NCBI RefSeq assembly: GCF_035594765.1
Contig: NC_085842.1
Coordinates: 103,330,782 to 103,394,781, forward strand
DNA length: 64,000 nucleotides
Reading direction: 5' to 3'
From: Anolis carolinensis
Taxonomy: Eukaryota
The notes under the pieces are model-generated. The model made no database searches. It saw nothing but the letters and a program-made list of their open reading frames with translations, and was not told the DNA's origin. Below, in pieces: positions 10,635 through 23,804 of this stretch. Within the stretch, counting starts at the first letter, position 1, and the number at the start of each line of letters is the position of its first letter. Both the position numbers and the translations under genes were made by a program.

Positions 10635-11444
10635 CACACCCCTCAATAACTCAAAATAGATTATAACTTTAAATCCAACTAATCCTACTGTTTCTCCTCA
10701 AAGTCTTATCCTCCAAACTGAAAAATAAAGGAATTGCATATTGCATGCCATGTAACATTAATCCCCTTTCCAGCAAAATTAGATCTGGCACAAAAAGTTA
10801 TATATGGAGTTATCCTTTTGAACAATTTTGCACTATAAGCATCCAGTACAACCAGCAGTTATTTTATTCACATAAGAACCAATTTTTGATACTACAAAAA
10901 TGTTAATGGTATTCGGTGAAACACGTAGTGAAACGAAATATTCCTAATGTGAACACCTGCTGCAAGTGAACTCTGAATTCTTTCTCCTCTCAAAAAGGCT
11001 GGAAAGATATTTCATTCATAGCTGTTTAAATATCACCATCACCAAAAATGGCAACAAAAACAATATCAGTCTGATACATCCACGGGTAACAGAAAGATTA
11101 TTTTCTGTTTTGGGTTTGAGTTCACAATCCTTGGGATGTTACACCAAAGACATAAAGATGGGGATTAAAGAAGAACAATATAGCACTTTAGGCTGCCAGA
11201 AATCAGCATACGTTTATAATATAAGAGGTCATAGCAGAGATCTGTGAAAAATTCTGAACAAAAGACAAACATCATTTTGCAAAATTTACACTTGTGTGTT
11301 TATACTCATTTAATGTCCATTGGCTGAAGGAGTAGGCATAACTGACTATATCCCATGTCATCTCTAACCCCACCCCCCAGAATGGAACAGTTTCACCCCA
11401 ACATGTTAATTTTGCCTAGAACATATAGCTTTATGGTCTAGAAA

Positions 11445-11800
11445 CTTAGAGAGCTGGGTATGTTTAGCCTGAAGAAGAGAAGGTTAAGAAGTGCCATGAT
11501 AGTCATGTTTACATATTTGATAGGATGCCATATTGAAAGGGAGCAGGCTTGTTTTCTGCTGTTTTAGAGAAAAGGACATGGAGCAGTGGATTCAAACTGA
11601 AGGAGAAGAAATTCCACCTAAACGTTAGGAACAACTTCCTGACAGAAACAGTTGTTCAACAGTGGAATATGCTGCCCAAAGTGTGGTGGACTCTCCTTCT
11701 TTGGAAGTTTTTAAACACAGGCTGGATGGCCATCTGTTGTATTCTGCTTGCCAGGGGTTTGGACTGGATAGCCCGTGTGGACTCTTCCAAATCTATGATT
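11445..11800 (+). mobile_element. CR1 LINE 3' fragment
   Basis: LRELGMFSLKKRRLR...FHLNVRNNFLT...QQWNMLP, followed by the 3' UTR. Confidence 0.82.
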
Positions 11801-12029
11801 ATAACTGAGCATTTCCTATTAGCAAAAGCTAATATTTTTGTTTGGTTTTGATAATACTTTAAACACCCCTTTAAACACCCCTTTATAATATGAATTGGGA
11901 GAACTTGATGGTTTAAAGATAAAAAAGGAAGTTGGCAGAAATTAGAGTAATCCATCTTTGCCATTCAATTCTGCTTTTAGTAAAATTCAAGTTTCTCTCA
12001 TTTCATGGACCAGCAGGTTAAGCTTTACA

Positions 12030-12230
12030 AAGAACTTCCTAGCTGTAAGAGGAGTTCAGCAGTGGAACTCTCTGCCTCAGAGTGTGGTGGAAGCTTTTTC
12101 CTTTGAGGCTTTTAAATAAAGGCTGGATGGCCATCTGTCAGGGATACTTTGATTGTGCTTCTCCTGCATGGCAGAGGATTGACTAGATGATCCATGTGGT
12201 CTCTTCCAACTCTATTAATCTATGATTCTG
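12030..12230 (+). mobile_element. CR1 LINE 3' fragment
   Basis: AGAACTTCCT...CAGTGGAACTCTCTGCC...GGTCTCTTCCAACTCTAT..CTATGATTCT. Confidence 0.8.
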
Positions 12231-13330
12231 AGTGCAATATTATGGATGATCCAAGCCTGGGAGACTACAGAAGACCTCTCCACCCCCATCTCCCTTTCCC
12301 TTTCCCTCTCCCCCCAATTGTTGTTTCTTTTCCCCCTGCTTCTATTAGTTAGGTCCTAATTTCATGGTCTTTATCAGTAATGTCATAGCTTTAAGCCTGT
12401 GCCTCATTTTATTACCTATAATTTGATTAGAAGATATTTTGCTGAGATGCATGTCAAACAATTGCTAAATAAACAATTTAGCCCTAGTCCTGAGAGACTG
12501 AAAAAGTTTTCTATTGAAATGGATTGAATTATAGTGTGAACCCAAGCTGTATAGTCTATTTGAAAGGCTGTATCTACTTTTCACTATTTTTAAATCTTCA
12601 GGGGAATGCTTTCTCCCAACACCATCAAAAGGAGGTTTTGCTAGGACACAGGAGAGAGCCCCTCCCTCTCCCTCTCCTTCTTTCAAGTGAAGGGAGCTCG
12701 AGAGAAGGAGAGGGAGTGGGAGGAGGAAGCGCCCCAGAAGCGCCCCACAATTGCTGCTGCAGCGATTGCAGGGTGCTTCCCAAAGGGCGAGGGCAATCTG
12801 AGGGCAATCCTGGCAATCCGAGCAGTTCCGGTTATCCAAGATTGGGCCCACTCCTTTATCTCGGATAACTGAGACTCTACTGTACCTACTTTGAAAGCAG
12901 TTTTTATTCTCCAGAAACTTAATTTTTGTGCCCGCCACAAACTATGTTGAGTTGGTTGAGGCTATATTGACCTCATACGGGCTGATTTACTTGTTGAATG
13001 CCGTTTCCTCACTCCTTTCATCATGGAACCCATTACACAACACACATCTACTTCCAGCTGAACTCTGTGGTCAAAGGGGAGAGGAAGTGGCATATGTTGT
13101 CATGGTGGCAACATGGGACACTTTCTGTGTTATCTTTGTTACAATGGGGGAAGCTGCATGATGATAGGGCATGAGATGGGGCAAGCAGTAAATCAGGCAG
13201 TAAGTCAGGCGATGTGGGGCAAAGGGTTTTCCACGCCCCCTGCTGGGACCCCATGGATTTGCTGTGATGCATGGCAAATCCTTCACTCACTTAATGTCCT
13301 TAGAAATATTGATTGAAAAATGTGCTACAG

Positions 13331-13456
13331 CAGTGGTTCTCAACCTGAGATCCCCAGATGTTTTTGGCCTTCAACTCCCAGAAATCCTAACGGCTGGTAA
13401 ACTGGCTGGGATTTCTGGGAGTTGTAGGACAAACACATCTAGGTTGAGAACCACTG
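13331..13456. mobile_element. Palindromic hAT MITE (TIR CAGTGGTTCTCAACCT)
   Basis: Perfect 16-bp TIR; perfect 8-bp TSD TGCTACAG; internal inverted repeat. Confidence 0.92.
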
Positions 13457-14893
13457 TGCTACAGGATGTCCTGCAAAAACAAAGCTTTTGCAGTTTAATA
13501 AACTTTTTCCATGTTTTTATGATAGAACCATTAGGGAATAACATTTATAACCCAGGAACAAAAATTGTTACATAGTGTCATTTATATCAAGCAAAAGGGT
13601 TTGGGTGGAATTGTGCTCTCTTCTTTATTATGCTTTTCTCTTTTTTATTATGTTTTATGGCTTTTATATTGTTTTAATCTTTATCATTAAATTGTTTTTA
13701 GATTTGTATAAATAACCTTTTAATTGAAGCTTGTGTTTTCAGTGCTGCAGGAAGCCTTGAATCCTTTACAGCCATTTTGAATCTCTTTTTTTGGAAAGAA
13801 AAAGTGGGGTATAAATGACCATAACAACAACAACAACAACAACAACAACAACGATAATAATAATGACACAGGTGGAATATTAGTTAAATAAACAGATAGA
13901 TAAATAAACAAAACTTAGCCAGTTGGTATCTGATGTCAACTAGAAAAGAAATGAGCATCCTACTTTTTACCGCATCTGACGGGGGAAGGCTTGACGGCAT
14001 GCTCCACTTCACCAGGCCTTTACACAGGGAGCCTGCCTGATCCCATTACATGATGTACTACTACTTCTGGCAGGGCTTCATGCTTAAAGGGGTGGCAAAG
14101 TGGAGCATGCTTCCCATGTTGCCTTGGAGCAATGGGAGGAAGCCAACAGTTGACGCTTCCCCCATGGGATCACCCTGTGGGCAAGCTGGACAATGGAGAG
14201 CATAGGATGACGGGTTCCCCATGCGCTCTGACACAAAATGTGCTATGATCAGTGATACTCCAAGGTGGGCACATTGGAGTTAAGCATTAACAATGTGATT
14301 TTAAAACATTCATTCTTCTTGGAGTGAGTGTGTGTCTGTGAGCAGAGTAAAACGGAAAGAGATTGAGAGAAAGAGAATACGTGTATTATTGCTCAAAATT
14401 GGGGAGAGAAAGAATGTTGCAAAATCAAAGAAATTAGTGTAAAATATAGTATGGTCAGTGATTCTCCAAAATAGACTCCGGTAATGGCAAATATACACAT
14501 TAAGATATTTTTTCTCAACCTATCCAGTTTATTAGAGGTGCTATGCAAGACTGTAATCATCAATTTATTTATCATCTAAATGTATTGATATCATAAAGGA
14601 CCTCATCACACAAGGAATGTTTAGCATCCTAGGATGCTTCTGTCCCAGTTGAGCAACAAAGCCCCTTGCCGCCCATCACACAACATAGCCTCACTTCTGG
14701 CAGGGCTCAGTTGCTCAATTGGGGAAACAGAGCAGTAGGACACTGCGTCACCAACATGCGAGCCTCCCCGTGTTTCCTTTGGAACAATGGGGCTACCACG
14801 GGAACAAGGCACATGGTGATGCTTCCCCACAACTGATGGGAAAGCATCACTACCAGCTGTGCGGGGCACGGCACACCAGGATTGTCCAGCTAC

Positions 14894-15171
14894 CAGGGCC
14901 GTAGCCAGAAAAAAAATTCGGGAGGTGTTTTGAAAATTTCGGGGGGGGGGGGGTTTAACCCCTAGCACACACCCCTCCCTGCTACAAACCTGTCAATATC
15001 TGCTTGAGATAGTGCCTGGAGGGACTCTTAATGTTTTGTGTCTCATAGACTTAGCATGGGGTTTTGGTTAACCAGTTAAAATTCATGAGTATACCAGGGT
15101 TTTTTTATAACCCGTAAAATTTCGGGGGGGGGGGGTTAAACCCCTAAAACCGCCCCCTCGCTACAGGCCTG
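14894..15171. mobile_element. hAT-type MITE with G-runs
   Basis: CAGGGCCGTAGC...GCTACAGGCCTG termini; TSD CCAGCTAC/CCGGCTAC (7/8). Confidence 0.8.
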
Positions 15172-15706
15172 CCGGCTACCCAGGCAATTTTCCATGGAGG
15201 TTGACAAATCAGCATGGAGGACCTCATCAATGTGATGAGATCCTTAATCACCTTCAAAGAAGAGGGGGACTGAAAAGAAAAGTATTCAGTCCTACGTTTG
15301 CAGACAATGAGAGACAAATATGCTGCAACAGTTGTGCAAGAGCAATGTAACTATGAGAATGCTACTTTATTATCATTTCATCACAGCTGTATCTCAGTTA
15401 ACAAGGCATGTGGGGTTCCTTTTTACAAAAGCTTTTTACACATAAACCCTAGCCCCATACTGTTTTCTTCCTAATCCTTTGTCTAGCTGGAAGCTTTTCA
15501 TTAGAGTTGGGATATGGAGAATGGTGAAGGAGGGCTAGAGAATCACATATTCTAGTGTAAGGATGTAGTGGCATGTTATCAGTAAATAGTGACCAAACAA
15601 AGCATATTCTGGAAAAGAGTGGGAGTCTAATGTAGACTATTCTAAGGGTAGCTGGGTATGCCTGCCTGAAACAGGCAAGAGAAATAACACTTGCCTCTAG
15701 AATCCC

Positions 15707-15847
15707 TGGCCCTTTCCACACTGCCCTATATGCCAGGATCTGATCCTAGATTATATGCTTTGAACTGGATTATATGAGTGTCCACTGCCAAATAACCTGG
15801 GAAAAGCAGATATCTGGGATCAGATATGGCGGTGTGGAAGGGGCCCC
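15707..15847. mobile_element. PIF/Harbinger-like MITE
   Basis: GGCCCTTTCCACACTGCC...GGCGGTGTGGAAGGGGCC inverted termini; related copy at 37578-37709. Confidence 0.65.
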
Positions 15848-17849
15848 TTACTGATCATGGATGAACACACAATAGCAAGAAAAAGCAGATAGCTTGCCTC
15901 TTCAGTTACCCCTTTTTTAAAGCATTGATTTTACAAAATGGAGATCATAAGAAAAGTGGAAGCTGGAGGAAAAAAGGGATGCATTTTGGAAGAAGTCTTT
16001 AAGTGTGTATAAGATCTGAAATTTTTGTTTACTTATGCATAATTTACTTGATCTGTTTATTTTATTTCACAAGTACATATTTATTTTTTAAAATGAAGTA
16101 TTTGCTGAACCACATAATTAAATAGCTAACAGTTTTCTGTCCTTTCATGACACCCCAGTTCTACAAGCTAAGGGGATTACTTCATGCTATGTATTAATAT
16201 TTTCTCACAGCCACATAGCATTGCCAGCATGCAAGCTGGAGATAGCTCCAATATTTTTAATGGTTATAGGGAAGCAGGATTTTCAGCAGGTGTTGGTTGT
16301 CACACAAACAAGTAAAAAGAAACATTTGCTGAAATTCCTTTTTCTTCATAATCATAAAGGTAAGGGAGACATCTCCAGTTTTCACTTGGGCAACCCTAAC
16401 AAACAACGGAGAGTTAATTTCATGGGGATGGATGGAAGAAATTAGATGCTATAGCTTCTTCTGCTACAAACAATTGGAATGGTTGTTGATATATAATAAC
16501 TGAGGGATATGAGCCAAATGGCATCTAGACTACAAACAACCTGACAGATCAAACCCCTCTATTTTTTTCTGACTCCTGCTGTAGTCAGGTGACAAGGGAA
16601 AGATAGAGGTAGCTCTAGGTAAACAACAGAGAGGTGCAGCTGTGCCTTTATGACTTGATCTTCATCTCGTTACCCATGAGCTCTTGTGCTTTGTGTAACA
16701 GCTGTGGCTTACAATACACTAAACTCCAGTTGTATGCGTGAAGCAAACTTTTAATCCCCAAATGTTTCCTCCTGGAACCTCCTTTCCTAAGCAGCTTGTC
16801 ATGATTTTCTGAAAATAGCTAATTCCATGGCACAGTGCAAAGGTCTGTGCATGTATTCCCAGATGTAAGAGCAGCTGAGCCTGAGAAATGAGGAGAGGTC
16901 ATTACAATTTGTCAAAATCTATGGCTCTTTGCCCAGACTTACTTTTGTTCCATTTTTCTCTTTAAGGTAGTTAATTTCATGGGGTGGGATAGGAGAAGGT
17001 AGATGAATCATTGCAGACACTCTTCTGTTATTGTGCACCATTTATTAACTGTGTACCTGCTAGTGACAACTTCTTTTTCTGTTATACATACCTATCAAAA
17101 TAGATTTTAGCCATTTATATTGCCCTTAACTTAGTGATAGTTTTGGGGACAGTATGTGTGGCCACCTTTGGTGATAACGGTGTTCCCATTGTGCCAGTTT
17201 ATACAACTGACTATAACGAATTCAATATTTCTCTTCCATAAAGACCTTTTATAATTGCAATCAGATCTACAATTTGAACCAATACTGGGTCCATAGGGAG
17301 TTAAATTATCAGTCCAGCCCTTCAAAGGTCTACTATGTAGTACACGGATAGGCAAACATTTTGACACAGGGAGTGCATTGCATTATAAAATTTGACAGAT
17401 GGGCCATGCCAGTGGCAGATGGATGGAGAGTGTGTTAGGTATTTTTACCTTAGTGTGTAGTCCATGTACAGCTAGCTCTCCTTCTTAGCAAATCTGGAGT
17501 TTGCGTCATTTAAACAGCAGACACGCAGACACCAGAAGTGTCTTTCCAAAACAGGAAGTCTTTATCTCTTGTAGTTCAGAAATACAATAACATGATCTCT
17601 CTTTCTTTCTACTCACAACAAATTCTTTGCCATATTTCTCTCCCTCAAACAGCAACAACAATCCATCAGGAGAAATGTTACATTTGCTGTCTCAATTTAT
17701 ACAACAATTAACCCATCCACTATTACATTACTTCATCTCTGCTGCCTTGGAATACTGTATAGTTGCATCAGAATCTGGATTGCTTCATGGTTATATCAGC
17801 CACTGAGATTTGTCTAGTCATCCTGATTTCATAATCAATCATGTATATA

Positions 17850-18170
17850 CAGTAGTCTCACTTATCCAAGCCTCGCTTATCCAAGCCTCTGGATTATCCA
17901 AGCCATTTTTGTTGTCAATGTTTTCAATATATCATGATATTTTGGTGCTACATTCGTAAATACAGTAATTACAACATAACATTACTGCGTATTGAACTAC
18001 TTTTTCTGTCAAATTTGTTGTATAACGTGATGTTTTGGTGCTTAATTTGTAAAATCATAACCCAATTTGATGTTTAATAGGCTTTTCCTTAATCCCTCCT
18101 TATTATCCAAGATATTCGCTTATCCAAGCTTCTGCCGGCCCGTTTTGCTTGGATAAGTGAGACTCTACTG
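17850..18170. mobile_element. Tc1/mariner-type MITE
   Basis: Same family as 9057-9363; TA on both sides. Confidence 0.88.
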
Positions 18171-18250
18171 TACTTCACTTATATACAAATCTCAACAGAG
18201 TGTTTGTGTGAACTTACTGAAAAAAATGAACATTCCTATTTATACTGCAT

Positions 18251-18379
18251 NNNNNNNNNNNNNNNNNNNNNNNNNNNNNNNNNNNNNNNNNNNNNNNNNN
18301 NNNNNNNNNNNNNNNNNNNNNNNNNNNNNNNNNNNNNNNNNNNNNNNNNNNNNNNNNNNNNNNNNNNNNNNNNNNNNNN
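18251..18379. other. Assembly gap
   Basis: Run of N. Confidence 1.
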
Positions 18380-18787
18380 ACTCAAGGCAGGTCACAGCAC
18401 AGTTAAAAACACACAAATACTACATGAAAATTCTACAAACACACATTAAAATTCAGTTCATAAAAGATACTGATCAAAACATTTCTGTAAAATACACATC
18501 AATTACAATACAATATTTGAAATGAAAAACAATTTTAACCCACATAAACTTAATAGGATTTCAATGGAAGGCCACAGGGGCCATCCAGTCCAACTTCCTT
18601 CCGACATGCAGAAAAAGCTCAAACCGTCCCTGGGAGATAGGAATCCAGCCTCTGTAGTGGTGTGTAGTAGTAACAGAAGCAATCCCAGGGGCCATCCAGT
18701 CCAACCTCCTTCTGTCATACAGGAAAAGCACAAAGCACTCGAGAGATAGCCACCCAGACTTTGTAATAATAAATAGAATGAATGAAT

Positions 18788-18845
18788 GAATAGAATAGAA
18801 TAGAATAGAATAGAATAGAATAGAATAGAATAGAATAGAATAGAA
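18788..18845. repeat. (TAGAA)n microsatellite
   Basis: Perfect pentamer array next to antisense CR1-tail-like units. Confidence 0.95.
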
Positions 18846-19132
18846 CAGCAGAATCCCCACGGGGGCATCTAATTAATCTCCCGTCTGCCATGCAGGAAAA
18901 GCAGAAAGCACCCCCTGAGTGGTGGGAGGGAAATAGAGTTTTGGAAGAAAGGAAGCCGAAGGGAAAAGGAACTGGGTGATGAGAAAGGTGAGGGGAAAAG
19001 GGCCTGGGCAGCGAGGGTGATGAGGAAAAAGGGATCTGGGTGGTGAAGGTGGCAAGGAGAAAATGGTCTGGGTAGCAAGCGTGGCAAGGAAAAAAGGGTC
19101 TGGGCGGTGAGGGTGATGAGGACAAGAGGGCC

Positions 19133-19580
19133 TGTCCCGTTTTGTCTTTCAAGAACAGCCTTAAGACACCGTGTTAAGTAAATAAAACTGCTTTACTTCA
19201 GCAAAACATAAAGTACAGTACACTCAGTGAAATAATGCAAAAGAAAGCCAGGAAGTCTTACTTCAGACAAAGAAACAGGCATAAATCCAGATGCAGACTT
19301 GGAGCAGGCACACAGAGAGTGAAGGCATTAGAGTCAGTTTGTTACCAGCAAGAGCTGACTGCATCTGCTTCTGCTTTTATAGCCCTGGGTCCCCACACAG
19401 CTGCTAGGGCAGTTCCTAATTACTCAGCTGTATTTCTGGCAGCTAATCTAGCTGAACGACGTCTCTGCTCTGTTTCCTTTCGCCTCTCCTGGAATGAGGG
19501 TACTGGCAAAGTTTCCTCCTCAGACTCCAACTCACCCTCAGATTCATGAACACTTTCCTGCTCCCCTTCCTCTTCTGACA
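19133..19580 (-). mobile_element. Solo LTR (Gypsy or BEL type), 448 bp
   Basis: TGT...ACA termini; perfect 5-bp TSD GGGCC; minus-strand CTATAAAA (~19375-82) with AGTAAA downstream (~19191). Confidence 0.8.
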
Positions 19581-21569
19581 GGGCCTGAGCAGTGAAGATG
19601 GTGAGGAAAAAAGGGTCAATGTGCACATGAAGCCCACCACTTTCCACAGCATGAAAGGAGGAGGAGGGGGAGAAAAGGTGAGCACCAGGGCCCCAGACAG
19701 AAAGAAAGTCTGTGTGTCAACATCGACTTCCACCGAACCAGTGCAGAAGTAGGGAGGGAGTGCTTTTGCTACTGCCTTGGAGGACCCCTCTGGCCGGAAG
19801 AAAAAGCCCAATGAACTATATCGGGCCCACAGGCTATAGTTTGCCCATACCTGATCTAGTAGGACCTGTCTCCTAGTAAGAGTGTTTATGATTACAAACC
19901 TTATATAAATCCTAGGGTTCATCTACATGAGCTTAATACCTCATAATTTTGTAATCAATTCTGGCTGTCCCCGTGACATTCTTACTCTTCCAAAGATTAT
20001 CACAGGGTTAAACCAGTCAAGAAAAGCTGAAAGATGGTTATGTTGGCTTCTTTGCTGATGTCGGCATGGGGTGGCTCCTACTGTCAGGAGCTCTCACATC
20101 TAGGCCAGCCTGGTCAAGACTGCATTTGCCCTGCTGGGCAGGAAAGTGATGGGCAAGCACAACCAATGCAATCTTAACTTGACACTGCCATAGGTTGGGG
20201 ACAGTGTGTGTGGCTACCTCCAGAGACAATTTGGAGCATTTCTGCTCTAGACTGGCTCTGAATTAACTGGCTGGTGGTGATGAGGTCATACAAAGTCACA
20301 GGTGACCCCTTGAGGTGAGCAAGAAAAACATACTATGAAGACTGCTTTGAAGGATCCTGCCAATAGGTCAGGAAAATACCAAACAAAATTCAGTGTAAGA
20401 AGGTACTTCACACTGGGGCATGAAATCATACCTTCAGTTAATGGTCTGAACTGACCTTAGGAAACAGATATTATAGTTAGAGTATGAAGCTCAATGGAAA
20501 TGTGTACTAAATTTTCAAAAGTAGTGGGGAAAAGGCACTTTTCTTTGGGAAAATGTGATAGTAGTGGCTCCCTGATTCTCTATGGTGTCCTTTTAAGTAA
20601 TAATGGCCTTCCTTTCCTGAAATGGAAGTGAAGCAGGAAACAAGGCCCACAAATGTGGCAACAGAGATGCCACAAATTTGGCAACAGACATAGGATGGCA
20701 TTTTCATTACCAAGCAAGCTGACTGGATAGGATGAGAGCACATGCTATATGTGCAGACGGTCCCTGGTTCCATCCCCCAGCATCTTCAGGAAGAGTTAGG
20801 AAAGAATCCTGGCTGAAACTCTGGAAAAAACATCACCTGGTGGACTAGATGGATCAACAGTTTAATTTAGCACAAGATAGATTAGATTCCTATGTTCCTA
20901 TGGCCATCCAGAAACAATACTTGTTGGCCTATACATTTGACATCAGTGTTGAGGAGACAGGAGTCAGTTTCCTTCACAGTGGTGAATCAGATGCCCTCTA
21001 CTTCATTACATATGTGTGTGCATGCCCACATTCATATGTATCTCCTTCACACACACTCATACCTCGCTCTCCATGCATGTGGCAATTATTCCTACACTAT
21101 ATTTGTGAGTTTTCTTGAAGAACCTGAATTGCCATTTTTAGAAACAGGTGCTGGACTTTGGTAGAAATTGGTCTGAGGGTATTTCTTATATTATTACATA
21201 TGTAATAACTTGCCAGTAAATGTCACAGATGAGAGAAAATTAGTTCACAGGACTGTTGGATCATCTCTGAAGTACCATGTGTCCCATTTCTACTTACATT
21301 TGCTTGAAATTGGTTCCCATTGCTTTGAACAGCCCTCTCTTGTCTACAGTTGCCTGGTAGCTGTTGCATAGCATGGTTTATTGGAACCTTGCAAGTCCCA
21401 ACTGATTACTTATTTCAAAGGCTAGGCGGAGGGAGAGATTATTTGAAAGCATAGAAAATAATTCCAGGGAAAACAGAGACTTGCTATTGGTATCTGCGAC
21501 CAGCAGTTAAGTATACCATGACATGCTGACATTGGAAGGGCTTCTCTGAATGTGTGAGATGGCTAGATC

Positions 21570-21861
21570 CAGACATGTAGCCGGGGGAGGGGGGGCTTGA
21601 GGGGCTTCTGTCCCCCCCCCCCCCCGAAAGTCTCAGAGTGGTCCGCGAGAAGGCCTTACATTTATTTTTTAAACTGTTATATTTATTGATATCATGATCT
21701 GATCACCATGCTCAACATATCCCATATGCATGAGGATATTGGGATAACGATACAAAAGGTTTGCTAGGGTAGATCCTCCCCCACCCAGACTCAGCCGCCC
21801 CCCCCCCCCCCCGAAGCAAAATCCCAGCACCCTCCGAATCAAAATCCTGGCTATGGGCCTG
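21570..21861. mobile_element. hAT-type MITE
   Basis: CAGACATGTAGCC...GGCTATGGGCCTG termini; perfect 8-bp TSD GCTAGATC. Confidence 0.85.
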
Positions 21862-23804
21862 GCTAGATCCCTAACTTATAGATGTTTATCTCACTAAGAA
21901 TCTTTGGAAAATGACCAAAAAGGAAAGCAGAACGCTGTTCCTAATTGCACTTGCAGACTTGTATGTGAAATTTTAAGACAGACCCATGTTACTTTGTTCC
22001 AGGATAAAAAGGAAAAGGCATTCCTGTGGCATCTTTAGATGCATCTGCAGAAGTGTTCTGCAATCCACAGAAGCTTATGCTGAAATAAATTGCTGGATCT
22101 CAATTTACCTTTTTATATACCAATTGTGCTTCCAGTCTGGTGTGTTATGGAAATATTTCGATCCTACACATTTATAATCTTTTGACTACTTCTAAATTAT
22201 CATAAGCTTCCCAAGAGACATTGCTATTATGAAAATAGTGTAGTATAAAAATATAGATCATTTAAAGATATTTAGCTACTATAATATAGTACAGTATTGA
22301 TGACCAGGACCCTCCATGACAATTATGCAATTTTACATCTTTTTTAGGCCTATGACAATGTAAATATGTTTTTTAGGTTTTCAAAGGAATTGGCCAGTGG
22401 AAAAAAGGTGTGATTTACGTAGGTTCTGGAACCTAACTCTGCCATATTAGCAAGGCATGCCTATATCATTCAATCCAATGCATTTGCTAGATAAGACACT
22501 CTATTCCCATATTAGCATAATATAAAGACAGTAAAGATGGAGCTCAATACATTTTATCTCCTAAAGGTGAACTTCTTTAATAGAATTTGGGGAAATTCTT
22601 TAATAGATTGCCTGTAACGTCTTGTCATAAGAACAGATCCTGATATTTTCATTTATGTTTGAAATATACTTAGGGCTCCAAAAAGGATGCAGGTATGTTA
22701 GACTCAGTTTATAACCATATATATGTAAAGGACTTTGCCTAAATTTAAGATTTCATACCTTCTGTCTGAATTTGACTATAACAGCTCTCATGAAACCTCT
22801 GCCATCCCTCCTTGCTTTTAAAATATCCTGGTTTCTCTCTCTGCCTTTGCTTCCTACTTCCCTCCTTTCTCCCCAACTTACTTACAATTGCTGCAAATTG
22901 AGCTCAAAGTGCAGAAAGAAGCAATATAATATAATTCTTATATGGCTCTAGGTCTTATGATGTTGTTGAGGAACTTTAGAAGGAAGGAAATGTAGCATTT
23001 TCTGTGTGATGTTAATATTAGAAGGGACTGAAATTCCATCAAGTTCAATGCTGGCAATGAATAGTAAGTATAAAGAATTCATATAACTAGAAAAACTGAA
23101 TACACCATGATTGGATAATGGACAGTTGGACACCTCTTAGGGTCTCATCTCACAAGGGGGGAGGAAGCAGGTGAAATTGCTTTCTTTGCATGACGTTCCA
23201 TGGTGTTCTGTTTTTAAAGAAGACAGATAATTTACGCACCCTCATCACACAGGATCACCTCCTTCCCATTTCAAGGATACCACCACATTTTTTTGAATGC
23301 CCCCTTTATGTCCCTACACTAAAGGAGACAGGCATCTTTTTTGAAGCACGTCTTTTCATAGGATCTTCCCTTTTAAGCGCCTACTCTCAAAGAGACAAGC
23401 ACACTTTTAAAAACACTTATTTCAATAGAAAACCATCTTTAAATCACTAATGGAAACAGAAGGAGTATTAGTAGACCACCCACAAAAATAACTACACTGA
23501 AAAAATCGCAAAGTAATCAGACAAATCCTCCACTTTCATTCCAAGGAAAATACCAGTTTTTAAGTACAGTAGAGTCTCACTTATCCAACACTCGCTTATC
23601 CAACGTTCTGGATTATCCAACACATTTTTGTAGTCAATGTTTTCAATACATCCTGATATTTTGGTGCTAAATTCGTAAATACAGTAATTACTACATAGCA
23701 TTACTGCATACTGAACTACCTTTTCTGTCAAATTTGTTGTATAACATGATGTTTTGGTGCTTAATTTGTAAAATTATAACCTAATTTGATTTCTTTATTT
23801 CGTG

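Larger units (their letters stand above)
17343..19853. mobile_element. Composite non-autonomous hAT element
   Basis: TIRs CACGGATAGGCAAAC and GTTTGCCCATACCTG (12/15 match); TSD ATGTAGTA/ATCTAGTA (7/8). Contains a MITE, a gap, CR1-tail-like repeats, a minisatellite and a solo LTR. Confidence 0.6.
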
